Positions 1 through 13,100 of a stretch of DNA of 64,000 bases are shown here, one piece after another. Each line of letters opens with the position of its first letter. Within the stretch, counting starts at the first letter, position 1. This stretch comes from Tubiluchus corallicola (lineage: Eukaryota; Animalia; Priapulida). Location: contig JAQGDQ010000321.1 of assembly GCA_030141605.1 (NCBI GenBank), positions 62,001 to 126,000 on the forward strand, given 5' to 3'. The notes under the pieces are model-generated. The model made no database searches. It saw only the letters and a program-made list of their open reading frames with translations, and had not been told where the DNA came from. A program made the translations under genes and the position numbers.

Positions 1-1212
1 TAGCAAACACAGGGCAGCACTTTGCTTTACAACATCTATGGTATCGCTACAAAAGTGACAAATATAACTTAACAACAGTCTTATATTGTATTCACAAAAT
101 TCTACATTTTTGTGGTCTTCAGTCAGGTTATTCAGCCACCAAACTATAGCAAACCCTAATTATAACAAACCTTATTATAATGGACTTCAGATATAAGCAA
201 GAACTCTTCATTATTAAACAGAAATTAGGCTAGAATGCAATCCTATCTTGACACAGCTTTAATGCACTGCACTTTTCATTATGTGTACACTATATAGTAC
301 GATTTACCTAAATAACATATATTGCAGCAACATTTTGTTCATTTGTCTGGGTGATCTAAGGCAAAATACAGAGTCTGGATGTCATAAATTAATTACACCT
401 TTATGTAAACAGTATTAGATGTGTCAGTATAGAGGCTTATAAATATGGCAACGAGCAGCTCACCATTAAATCGCTACTAATCTATTGATTCACCTTTCAT
501 TTCAGAGTGAAATAGACTTCAACATGCCAGTATTACTTGCATTACTGTATGAAAATACACAGCGAAGGCAACTTTAACAACATATTTTGGAAGCAAACTG
601 AAAGAAATCACTTAGCACTTATGAAAGCGGTAAACTCCCTAAATGAAGCACCCCTATTTTCCCAATAATATGTGCTGTTTATGGGTTGGTGGAATTACAT
701 ATTTTATAACTTTTAAAACTGTTCTGATGCTTACTTTTACGTGATATGGCAACTTAAATTGAGCGCTGCAGCAAATACAATCACCCGCCATGACACTCAG
801 TGCTATGACATCACAAGATGCAGTACATTAGACAGCCCCAGCCAGGTACTACTAATTAATATGCACAGAGAAGCATGCGTGATTTTCACTGTATTTAGAA
901 CGCACCCTGCCCAGTGAGCAGAAGTCAGTCGGAGTTGGTTTCAGTGCAAGACTGTGTGAAAGTTTAGACTGCACAAAATGTTTTGAAGCATGTTTAAATT
1001 TTGTTTTAAGATGGTGAGCAATTCAGGGTCAGAGATTTTGAGTTTGAAGACTCTGGAGATGATGAATTGATGCAACATACCAATTAAGCAATATAGTCAC
1101 CAAATAAAATATAGCCGGTTCAGAAAATGTTGAAGATTATACTAAAGACCTAGTATAGTAAGTTTTATTATTATTATTAGAGACAAGCAATTTTCTGAAA
1201 AGAAAAGTATGC

Positions 1213-1265
1213 CAGGGCTGGCTCTACCATAAGACAAACTAGACAGTTGCATAGGGTGCCAAATT
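1213..1265. mobile_element. terminal fragment of the hAT-like MITE family seen at 22220-23112
   Basis: cagggctggctctaccataagacaaactagacagttgcatagggtgccaaat resembles the reverse complement of about 23045-23112 (cagagacggctctaccactagacaaactaggcggttgcctag...ggggtgccaaat). Confidence 0.6.
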
Positions 1266-2278
1266 CTGGCAGCAATTCTTTATTTTTTTAGTTTAGTCTA
1301 AGTAATGACAATATTTAGTTGCTTTTCTTTTAATTTGTTTTCTGAAGAAGTCAGTCATAATTAAAAGAATAAGCACAACACTAATAACGATTTATTTCTT
1401 AAGCACATTGATGTAGGAGGGTTTATGGTAACTATACTTTCACTCTCATGTGCCCTAGTCTCTCCATTACTGCATGAGTTCGCTCACTTGTAAATACAGC
1501 GAGGGTCACACATGCGCAGTGTCTTTCTTTTTGGGACGTCACTTCTGCTTTCTTCCCCAATTTTTCCTTTTTTGCAAGATGTCTATTTGGCGCTAAATTC
1601 GAAGTGTTACAATGCTAACCAAAGTGAAAAACACAAATTTATAAAGAAATGAACCCGTTTATTTGTATCACACTAGTCATCAGAGAATTTTAACAGCAAG
1701 CGTCTAAGAAGGTGTCAGTGGACCTTTAATAGCCTGTAATTATCTGTCGTTACAAACTGCAAAAGTTTTCTCTGATATGGTCTTCCTGAAAGTTTTATAA
1801 ATTTACTGAAGAGCATTTATTAATAAATAATAAATAAAAATAATACATTAAAAAACATTCAAATCAAGCACCTAGGGAGTTTTGTATAACTGGGAAATTT
1901 CATCTATGGAGGCCCTTCTGAACTCTAGAAGTACCCTGTAATTGTTGCAAACTTTTGGAGAGTTCTTTTTCTGTATCAGGCCCCAGAGAATGGAATAAAC
2001 TCCCATTTCATTTGCATTGTTGCACTAAATTTGACTTTCCAACTAAGTTTGCTACAGGTATTGTATAATTTTATATTGCATACAACGTTTTATTTAAATT
2101 CGCTGGACTGCATATTGGGTTTTATAAATTATAACTGTAATGCGCCATAGAGTATTATTTATAGTTAAGGTGTATAGTTATAGTAAATTTTTAGGTGATT
2201 TTAATGTTTAGATGAAAAGATACTTTCCAAGACCTCACATCAATCATTACTGGCATGTGGCCATTACAAAACACTTAC

Positions 2279-5200
2279 GGTGATACTAGAAGTTTAGGAA
2301 TGTCGCCTGCAAAGGCTTCAGCCATCTCTCTTGAGCCTACGTTAGAAATGCACTGCAGAGCAAGGCAGACGAATACTGGATTGCGGCTCTGTAGATCATT
2401 TTTAATGTTTTGAATGATCAGATTGTAGAGATCACTACCAGTACCAATGAGCACGGATATGAAGAGATAACCCTAAACAGAGTAATAAAACAAAATGATT
2501 AACACGACTAGTGACCTTTTAGCTAATGAATAACTAAATATTTCACAATATAAGAATAACTATAAATTGTATTTAACGCATACTAGCTGCTATGTTTGAA
2601 AAATCGACACATTATTTGAGAACACCAATTTGGAAGCTAATTCACAATAAAAATGCAAAGCTTCAATTCAACAATGCAAAAGCTTCATTTAATTTGAATG
2701 AAAACTGAAACTTTTGCACAGTTTAACAAAAAACAGATATTAATAGCAAATACTTGAATTACACATAAACAATTCAAACAAATAGAATAGTCTCAGTACA
2801 CGCCATACTATCCCAACATGAAAGAAAAAAGGAGAAAAAGCACAAAAATCACTAAATAATAATAATATTTGTTTGATTTTATGGCTTATAACATTGATCG
2901 TTATAAATGCATGTTCACTAATTAAGCACAGAAAGAACTATGGAAAAAAATGTGTGCAATAGAAAATATCACAAATAAAGTATGACAGACTATGCTATGC
3001 TATTCAGAACTATTAATTCTAGCTAGGATCAAATTGCATACAACTTATACATGTACATAAGGCTAAAACATTTTTAAGCACGTTTTCAACATAATGTAAA
3101 CTAGCCAGACTAGTTACACAATTTGATACAAGTACATGTTAGGATATAAGTAATTAAAAATAAATAAGAAGCTTTATCGAATACAAAATAATTTAACATC
3201 TAATGCCATGTTTTGCCTGCCAGTTTTACAAGCAATGAAGTAAAAGAAATTAAGGTAACATTATAAATGTAGCAAGAAATCACAGCACACATAATTCCTT
3301 GGTAAAGAAATGATGAATACTCTCAAAAGATTAATGTGACATTCCAAATGTAGTAACAAAATCACAGCACGCTTCATATATTGACAAAGAAATGGAAATA
3401 ATTGTATAGACTGGGTATCAAAAATAATTCAAAATAGGGAACAACGTAAAGACTTTATATACTTTGTAAATGGCAACATCATCATCATCATGGTTGCTTT
3501 ACATGACCACTATCATCACTAAGCACTATACAACATATACTTACTATTTGTTTTTCAGAATATTTGTTAGATGTAAGCAAATTGACAGCTTCCATGTGGC
3601 CAAAGTCAATGTCATGACCCAGCAAAAAAATGAATAACAACTTGCAAACATACTTCTTCTTTTGATAGCCATCTAATGTCTTGTCACCTGAAAGTGCAAA
3701 TTTAAAATATATAATAAGTCAAAAGATACATAAATAGCATTTTTAAAATTAATTAATTGTGTTTGACTATTTCAAAGTTATTTGGCTGCATTAACACCGC
3801 AAGTCATTATGTGCCACAATTTTAAATACAGTATATTATTTCTTTGAGTAAAAACAAACATTGCACTAAAAAGGATGGTTTCAATTTTCAATAAAAGTAT
3901 TTTCTAACGTCATCTTGATACTACGTGTAAATAATTCAAACACTTCAGACAATATGAACTTACAAATAATCATTAAGAATGGGAATTGCTGTAATTATAA
4001 TTGACAATCAACTTTAAATCACCAGATCAACAAATATTCCTTTGTCAAAACATCTCACACAAATCTTACATATTCAATTAATAAGAATCACTGCCTAGAG
4101 TACTCATCTCACGGCTCTTTATTTTTCTACCCAGCCCCGCTCCCCTTCGATCTTAATTGAAAGCACACTGCAGACCAATTGTAGTAAAACCAAGATGAAC
4201 AGAGTGAACGACTACACCCTGGAGTATTAGTATTGATTATAATTCCCTGGTGAAGCCATCGCTTAGCTAGTACAATGCTGGCTTCTTCAACTATTACTAT
4301 GCTCACTCACTGACCCGATTTATTAACACTGCCTGTAAAAGAGCATCCAAACAACAGGAATATCTATCATGTTAACAATGACTTTCTGGCTAATTTGATC
4401 CAACAATTAGTACCCAGTAAAGTTACGCTCTGACAATATTGAAAAGATAAACCTTACAAAAGCCAGATTTGATGCCTGTGTAGGAAATGTGCTAGTATGA
4501 ATAAATTAAGATATGTTCAGAACACTTCTGCAAATTAATGCAGAAAGTAGAACATACTGCTTAGACTACCGGCAATCCGCAGACAAAATGGACTCCAGGA
4601 AGAATACATGCAGTTTACATTGAGGACTGGATTTACTTGTCACAAATAGAAAATGGAGCATGCTTTACTTTTCTTGAAAATTCGGGTTGCATTTTATAGC
4701 TGGTGTTCAGAAGTGCTTAATTAAGTAAAATGATTTAAAATTTGCGCTCATAAAAATTTTTAACGCACAGTATTACTGATCTGGATTAAATTCAACGTGC
4801 TTTAGCAAGTATGGCCATGGGCTTACTAAAAATATGCAAAAACATCCCTGAAATGAAATTCCCCTAATGGCTAAGATTAAAGATCCTAGCAAAAACTACA
4901 TAGCATGTAGTTACAACCATATTTGGCACCTCATGCTGCATTGTAATTTCAAAATGTTATATCCAAAAGTTGACACTGGTCACCGAACTTTGTGTTTATG
5001 ACGAACCATCATTCTGGTGAACAACACATAGATACACAACTCAATTTAGAACAAGATAACTATTTATTGTCTACAGTAAAGTCATTTTCAATTGCAAATG
5101 CAATTTTATACAGTTGTTCAACTGCAAATCTTTCTATTTGTGTCAGTGTAGAAGTTAATGGCAAAAATAACAGCACTATTAGGGTTAATAACGTATAAAA

Positions 5201-7979
5201 GTAATAGAATTTCTAGTAAATTTAATCTCTGCAAATTAATTTGTAACAACTGGAAATTTATAGATCTAGCCTCACACCATTATATTGCATTACCAAAGTG
5301 CTGCTTTATGTCTCCTCAGAATGCTGACCACTAGCTACACTTTTGGTTAAAAGTATTTATAGAGTGACTTAGTACACCGAGGTTCTGAATTTTTACATTT
5401 AATAGACTAATTCAACACTGTCAGTAATACCAAGATGCTGCTCACTTTTCATACCCAGGGAAAAGCGACACACAAATACTACTGTATTACAGACCGACGT
5501 TTCGAGAAAACCTACTTAGAACTCACTTGTTATTACCCATTAACTCATACCAATGCAAGGTGACCTGCTTGCTAGTCGCTACATGGCCAGTCATTAACAA
5601 TTTGAAATTTTTTTATTTATGTAAATTATTCAAGAGGTATCGCTTGCCACACAAGTGTGAAATTAGCGCACAGCTTACAACATTATTGCTTTCTAGTATG
5701 AGCCACTGGGAGATTGCAACTGAAAATTACAGTTAAATCTATTAATCATAAGCACAGTTTACTTTTAATGCTTCCCTCATCTTATCGTGTGACCATACTG
5801 GAGCAAAATACATGTACAAGCAAACAAATAACAACATAAACCTACATAAAACCTTGTCTACAGAATAAGCACAACAAAATTCAAAACATAAATTGTTAAA
5901 TCACCAACACAATTTACACGCCTCATTATTCTGATAAATGTAGTCTATCAGACATCACAGCTGAAACACAAATTTATGGTAAACCGCTAACATTTTATGA
6001 AATTACTTTAACTTTTCCAAAACTAAATTAACTGTCATTTAACTGAAACCCACAAAGATCTGGACAGCAACATAAAATGCAAAACTAAAACTAACGGTAA
6101 CAAAACGTAATTAAAAAACAGTTTCTACTTTTAGATTGATGATGTTCAGATATTTCTTAAATGCAAAACAAGCAGGGAAAGTTCCAAACTTCTATATAGT
6201 CAACAGAAGACCCAATCAATATCATGTGACTAGCAAGTTAAATACAAATGTCATATGATCTGCTGGTAGTAATGGCAAGTAAAGGATTTTAAATGCAACA
6301 ATTTTGTAGCAGTCTGATAACAGTTGTAACCATAACAACGATGCTAGTATGGGTAGCCGTTTTAGGATTTACGTGCTATGGGATTATTGGGGATAGTGGT
6401 TCTGGGATGCTAGAAAAATCTAAGTGCGATTTCTTTTTCCATTAAATAGAAAATTCAGCAACAGAAGACTCCTAACAGTTGCTGTCATTGCTATTGCTAT
6501 GTAAAATAACATGTCACTAATCAATCAATTAGTACTAGTTAGAAGAACAGTTAGCTAATTTTTGAGCTACAGTAATACTTAAGTTAGAAGTTTATTCACA
6601 GTTTGAAAATGACAGATTGCATTTCTAGACTTGAACGTGTCAGGTTATGAGAATATTTTACTGCATTCACATAATTTTGTTAAACAAGATTGTAAGATTG
6701 GATTTTATGTTTGCCTAGCTGTTGGTGATTTGGTGCTAGACAAAATTCCATACTATCTTGTGCTTACTAATATTAAATCATATCAGTTTTTATATCATTA
6801 CAATACAAGAATCATACCTGCTTCTCCTACCAAACTTGTTCTAAATGATGACTACTACATGGTCTCTTAAAACTGCTGCTTACAACTGCTGAATAAAATA
6901 CTGCATACACAGACTGTAAGCTGTGATACCAAGAACTCATCGACAGCGCATATAGTAAATTCTCGCTTAACGACGCTAGCGTGACGTCAAGCGAAATGTC
7001 GTTAAAGCCAAGATTTGCACAGAAAGTAATGTAAAAGAATTGGGATACGTTCTCGAGATGAAAATTAGCGTTGCTTAAATCATATAAATTAAATGTTTTG
7101 TGAGTTTTGGACAGACAACACTAGAATCTGTTTCATTATCACTTTTCAGCCTCTAAGATGCGCCACTGGACAGACGGGGATGCTTAGAGCTATACTTATG
7201 GAAACAGTACAGTAAATGAAGCCACCAAAATTAATATAGATGCAGTTAATTAACCCATGGCGAGTCCTGATGCCATACTTAACTTTCGTTGCCAAAGCGA
7301 TGCCCCGCAACCACTCAGCTTAGCACATTCACCACAATAAATTGAAAAAACAAACTCACCCTTAAATTTAGAGCGAATATTAGCCAACTCTTTGTTAATT
7401 CGTTTAATTTCCGCTTCTCTACTTTTACCTGCAAACAAAAATGGCTCATGATTATGAATGCACAAGCTTATCAGCTGGTTAACGTTAGTGCTAGAACAAG
7501 CCTAATTAAAATCATAACAAAAATTGTTCGTTGCTAACTAGTTTAATAACATAACTATTGGGATGACTCAGCTAAATCAAACAATAGGCTAAATGTGGTC
7601 CTAATAAAACAATTTTTGACATAACTTAGTCACTAATAAATTTGTTTAGATCACTACAAAAAACACAGATTAAACTGTCAACTCAACCACAACACAAGGT
7701 AATAATGTAAAAATAGCACTTCTTATTGTGAGAAAATAAAAACTTCTCTTGTGAAGATGTACCTTTACATCTAATAATAATTTACACTACTCATTATAGG
7801 AGCATTCTTTGGTCCCGTCAAGATGTTACAATCATGTAAAATCCAGCATTTTAGAAGCTGTGCCCCTTTAAGACTGTTTTAACAGTTCAGGAGAGACTTT
7901 AAAGAAGATACTTACAGTTTCGTATATCTGAAATGAACACGGCAAGTCCCCGCATGCCATCACCTTTCACAGCAGGCAT
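2279..7979 (-). CDS. AP2A: AP-2 complex subunit alpha (alpha-adaptin), first 4 coding exons; gene continues beyond the left edge
   Basis: Exons 7979-7916 ([21 protein letters not shown]), 7428-7360 ([23 protein letters not shown]), 3687-3545 ([48 protein letters not shown]) and 2472-2279 ([10 protein letters not shown]...[14 protein letters not shown]). All have GT-AG boundaries and consistent phases. This is the recognisable alpha-adaptin N-terminus. A splice acceptor at 8002-8003 implies an upstream 5'UTR exon. Confidence 0.96.
6952..7020. repeat. short imperfect inverted repeat (possible pogo/Tigger-like mini-MITE)
   Basis: aaattctcgcttaacgac ... gtcgttaaagccaagattt form imperfect complementary arms around a short core. 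Confidence 0.35.
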
Positions 7980-9231
7980 CTTGTTTTTATCAATTTAGAA
8001 CCTAAAACAAATAAAATACAACGTAAAATATAATACTCATGAGTGTAAAATATTTCTTAACTCAGTATCTTTGCCATATTAAAGAAAAACAGGATGATTG
8101 ATTAGACTCACTCTCATTTTAACTTACTGTCCAAAATATATATTTTGTTGCCTATAAAGGTTAAACAAAGCTTCTTATATTTGAATAATTAATGGCAACC
8201 GACCACAGCTACCATCACAAACTAACCATAGTTTGTGCAATGTTAGGCATCTTCCCTGCACTTCAAGCACGTTTGCATAAGCAAGCATTGCTATGAGACA
8301 CTGATGTGATCACAGATTAAAATAGGCTCTAAGTCACACTAACGTCACTGACGAACACTACAGCTCATGATCATGCTTATCACGCCTATACATCGGCCAC
8401 ACAAATGTGACAAAAAGGTGCCATTGCCAGTCTTGGTGGATTCGCTGAGCTGCACACAACTTGAAGGTTTAACAAAATGTAACAAAAGGTAATTATTATT
8501 TAATATAAGGTTTGATTTAAAAAAACGAATTCGTAGTTTTTAACATTTTAGAGCATACTTTATTTTGAACTAATGTCTATACCATCATCCAGGTTTATTT
8601 TAAGAATAAATCTTGTATGTCATTTATGAAATGGAATCTAAACATGACATAATGCTACAAAGTTTTGTGTTATATCTGGTGAATATATTATTTACGAACA
8701 CTAGTGAAAGGACAGCGAAGTGCACAGAACTGCCCTTGTTATTGTAGTTAATTTGCAATGCCAGTAAAAACTAAAAAGAAGATGCAGTATTGAAGCATAA
8801 TCATAGTAGTACATTCCCAAATTTAAAAGCACAGTTAAATAAAAGTAATAGTTACATTGCCCAAAAATAAAGAATTATTGAATTTTGAACCATGTATTAA
8901 TTCGACTGGTAATGTGAAGTGATGACTACAGACTCGGGCTATAAGGCAAGGGCCTGCTATGTTTACAACCTCCTACAGAAACAAAAAGGTGAATGAGCCA
9001 TGAAGTACGAAAGCATGATACAATTATTAAGTGCCAAAGATTTAAGTTATATGTGTTATTCCTGAAATAGAATACACATGCTGCACACCTTCAAAATGAA
9101 AACAGTTTAGAATTATTTTTTAATAGAACGTAATTATTACCAACTCTCCTTTTTTTACGTAAAAGCCTAGGTCAGACAATAAAGTAGTATGAAGATGAAC
9201 ATATAATATTATGGCATATATATATATATAT

Positions 9232-9557
9232 TGTAACGATGAGCAGATGGTGCTGATATGCCGATTGTCGCATAGTCAAGAAGAAAACATAAAACAACAG
9301 TAGTAAGAGTAAAATTACTGAACTAAGTAACATGCCAAACGTCTACCCCATCGTGCTCCATGCCAGTTGTCATTGCGGAACAGGTGCTGAGATGGAACAC
9401 GCACCTGCCTGTCAGCCCACTGAACCAATGAGGCCATTCCATACCAGCTACTTATAGCTGCTTTCTGACGCTGATATGCAATGGCTTCGTAATGGATGAA
9501 ACCATCACAATGTAGAGGGAGAGGGTTAAAAATAAAGTGCATTTCGCCTTCGTAACA
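9232..9557 (-). mobile_element. probable solo LTR
   Basis: 326-bp, locally more GC-rich block bounded by TGTAACGA...TCGTAACA (TG..CA, 7/8 inverted termini), next to a (TA)n run, with a TATAAG on the minus strand. No clean target-site duplication seen. Confidence 0.4.
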
Positions 9558-9993
9558 ATTAACCTTTGTTATACTTATAGCTTTAATACAAGTACGACTA
9601 AAAGCTCGCTGCTCTGTAAAGTAAATTACACAGCTCATTTGCCATAAACATTAGTTATCATGAGAGCTAAGGACTCAAATAGATAGCTTGCTCACCAACT
9701 GGTGAGTTATGAATACGAGACTAATAATAATATAAATTCAAATTCTTGGAATAACCTCAATGAAAGTGTTATTAGTGCTAGCAACGCAGATATTTAAAAA
9801 AATGTTTGACGCTGAATCATCAGTGATGACCAAGAACACCACCAAGTAAATCAAGAGGAGTTCACTGATGAGCAAGGCCTACAGTACTGGTGTTACTAAT
9901 TGAGTTACCTAATAAAATGAATAAATGCAGAGTGGATTTTTTTATCCTTTACGCAAACGTGTCAGCCAGAGTTTAAATATGTTGCTGAATTAC

Positions 9994-10135
9994 CTGTACG
10001 CTAGAAGTCGCACTTATGACTAAATAAACACGAAATTGTAAATTTGGCACTCCAAAATAACCATGTCCACCTCCCACCGCACTGACTTAGAAGATGGTCT
10101 TGTATTTTACACATTTCACACGTTCACTTGTCAAA
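9994..10135. promoter_or_regulatory. candidate compact bidirectional promoter / first-exon region shared by AP2A (-) and GCN1 (+)
   Basis: GCN1 ATG is at 10136 in an AAAATGGC (YY1-like/Kozak) context. A minus-strand donor CAG|GTAATT at 9994/9993 could end the AP2A 5'UTR exon required by the 8002-8003 acceptor. Confidence 0.5.
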
Positions 10136-13100
10136 ATGGCTGACACCGGCGTGCGGGTAACATGTTTATTTTGCTAAACTCGTCACTAGTTTATTCCACT
10201 CGTTGTTAATCAGTTAACTAACTAATTGTTTGTTTTATCAGAACAGTATTTCTAAAAGGCTAAAATGTTTTTCTTTTTACCGGATTTGATTTTTCAGTTA
10301 ATCCTCCATACTTTTTTAGTATGAAAGTTCATGTTATTAACTTTTGCCTTTTGGGCCTGTAAGTTCTGGATCTATTCCAAGAAGGCGGCAAAAGTGATCA
10401 TGCCTCTTAGTCGTCGTTGTTGTTGTGGACGCAATTAAGAATTACTGAACTGCCGTTTATCTTATTGACTGTAGCCGGGTTCGGCTGGAATGGGTCCATG
10501 CCGATGATTGATCTATGATAGATTCACCTTATATTATTATTATTATTATTAATTAACCCGTTTTTATTTCAGACGGCTGAAGTACTGAAGAACGTTGTTT
10601 ATCGAATCACTACTCCAAAGATTAAAGAGAGGGAGGACATCCTCGAATCCCTAGTGCCAGTTATAACGAATGGAAAAGGTGGTTGAACTTACTTTGCACC
10701 AAATTATGGTAGTAGGGCATACATATGTTGCAGTCGTCATCTAACACCATTAGACATTATATAATTTAGTAGGTTAATAACATATAAAACAAAATTATCC
10801 TATGGTTGTTCATGACTTTTTGATTCACTGGATCAAATGCATCATACTTATAAACCAAAAGGTCACAAGATTTTTTTAAAAAATGATATAACCTGCAACA
10901 CTGATATGAACTACACATATGATGTATATGTATGTGCACTGAATGGTAGCAGCTATTCTACCAAACAGTATACAACAAACCACAGCAACTGTCAAAGTTA
11001 CCCACATTCAGTCAAGAACTAATGTATAATCTAGCTAACAAAGACACTTCACTCAGTACCCCAAGGCAATCCCAATTTGAAAAAGTTAAAAATTGCCTTT
11101 GAAGCTTTTCTATGCATCTGTACAATACAAGAAACTTACTGTCCAAGAGAACCTGATTCTAAAGGTATATGTACCTAAGAAAAATGTCATCGTTTATTTG
11201 AACATTTTACCTGTATATCATCAACGCGCAAAACCATTGCACAAAGATTTCTTACATAAATTTGTAGTACCGCAAGTCACAATGCAACAAAATTATATTC
11301 ACATATTAATGTACTGTCTGATTCCGCATTGCTAAAATAGGTAGCGCGAGGCTGCAAGCTCAGACACCTGAGTATTGATCTATACAGTGTTTTCCAATAG
11401 AATTGGCTAGTTGAATGTCTTGTTGAAACAATTTTAGAGATGAGGAAAAAGAGGAGAGGGAAAATGTCAACCACACATAAATTATTTTCATTCCAGCATA
11501 AATGCTTTGCTTTATTCTTTGTTCAATGTTTTCGTTTTTCAGATTTGCAAGAAAGTACCGTTAAACTGATTGTAAAGTCATTGGCCTTAACATTACCGAG
11601 GTAAGTATTGATCAAATTTGGTTTTTCTTTGATTGAATTTAAAAATGCTGAGCTGGACTGAACACTATATACATGTAATATATTTATAAAATAAGTCATA
11701 CTTATTAAATGCCTTGGAATAAACTTTTGTCCATTCTGTCTTGCAGAAAAAAAACTGTCACCATTTTTACTTTTAATAAAAGTGGGTTTACTGCACAGCT
11801 TTACTAACTTGAAGGAACAGCTACTTTTCAACTCGCCCATTGGTGAATTAGTTCTTTAGCTCTGTAACATTACAATGATCTTAAACAATTTTATTGAAGC
11901 AAAAGGGTTCACTTGGATGTAAAATAGTTCAATTTTTAAAGTTCAAGAGCCCCATTTTTGTCAATGTCTTTTCCCCCTGATAATATATTCTTGTAAATGA
12001 CCTTACATGGGTTACTTGTCAATCTTACATTTTGTAGAATATGACAAAAAGCCGCTGTCTTAAAACCATTACACTACCGATACTGGCCATGATCAGGTTA
12101 ACTTTTGTTTTTTCTTAAGAAATTTCTGATGCAAACTTATTGTAGGTATACCGACATCAAGTCCCGTCTTTTGGTGGAGAAGGTGCTCATATCTCTGGCA
12201 ACAAGAAATGGCCAAGCTACCTATAATCAGCTTATGCCCGTTCTGGAGGAAATGGCCAATATTCAAAAGCATATTGTCTCATCGTAAGTTCTCCAAGAAA
12301 TTTTTAAAATACTGGTGCTTATATATATTAGTACTTAGTTTTTAGTGTTTAAAGTTTACAAAGCAATTTCAGAACAATGAAACTAAACACATCTGTTTGA
12401 TGTTTGAATTAACTTTGTTTATTCTGGATAACAATTCTATTTTATCTGCAGGCCTGCAACAGCTGGATTAGCTCTAGCTGCACTTCACTGGACCATGATT
12501 CTTTTACTCTGTGAAGGACTCTTTAAAAATGCTGATGAATACAAGGGCGAAAAATTTAATAAATTGGTATGTTATTAATAATTTAAATGCAGATATTTTA
12601 AGATGTGTCGTTTCTATTGATGCATTGAATATTGACATCCCCAAACTTTTCCCCCCTAATATCAGTATAAAAATCTGCTCTGGTAAACTTCGGTTGTAAT
12701 CACTATAGCTTCGGTGAACCTTCAGTACACCAAAGTTACTTTTTTGATAATTGTCACTTTGGTAAAATTATATTAAACAAACTGAATATTTCCCCGTAAT
12801 GCCTATAAAAATTCATCCAAAAGAAGCTATTATAAAACAGCAAACACGGCACAACAGCGGACATTTTGCTTTATGTTTTTATATGATAACTCGAAGAATG
12901 CGATGCACCGTCGGTACACAAGTTGTGTCATTGCGCAATGTGGCAGTACTGTAATCGCTTATACACGACAATATAAATGAGTGACAACTCAAACTTGAGT
13001 AAACAGTTATACTATTGCACTTTTCTTTAAGTACCGTTTTTATTGATTGTACAAAATAGTTTGAAAAGCTTCTCAAAGAAATTGGGATACTTTTAAACTA

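Noticed and set aside
4992-6870. Short plus-strand ORFs in the AP2A intron, and similar 60-120 aa ORFs throughout GCN1 introns
   Set aside because: AT-biased composition, many non-ATG starts and no recognisable homology; expected noise.
9315-9638. 107-aa minus-strand ORF between AP2A and GCN1
   Set aside because: It largely overlaps the LTR-like block and has no recognisable domain or splice support.
9823-9869. C/D-box snoRNA candidate (GTGATGA...CTGA)
   Set aside because: Only about 45 nt long with no recognisable rRNA guide; too short to support.
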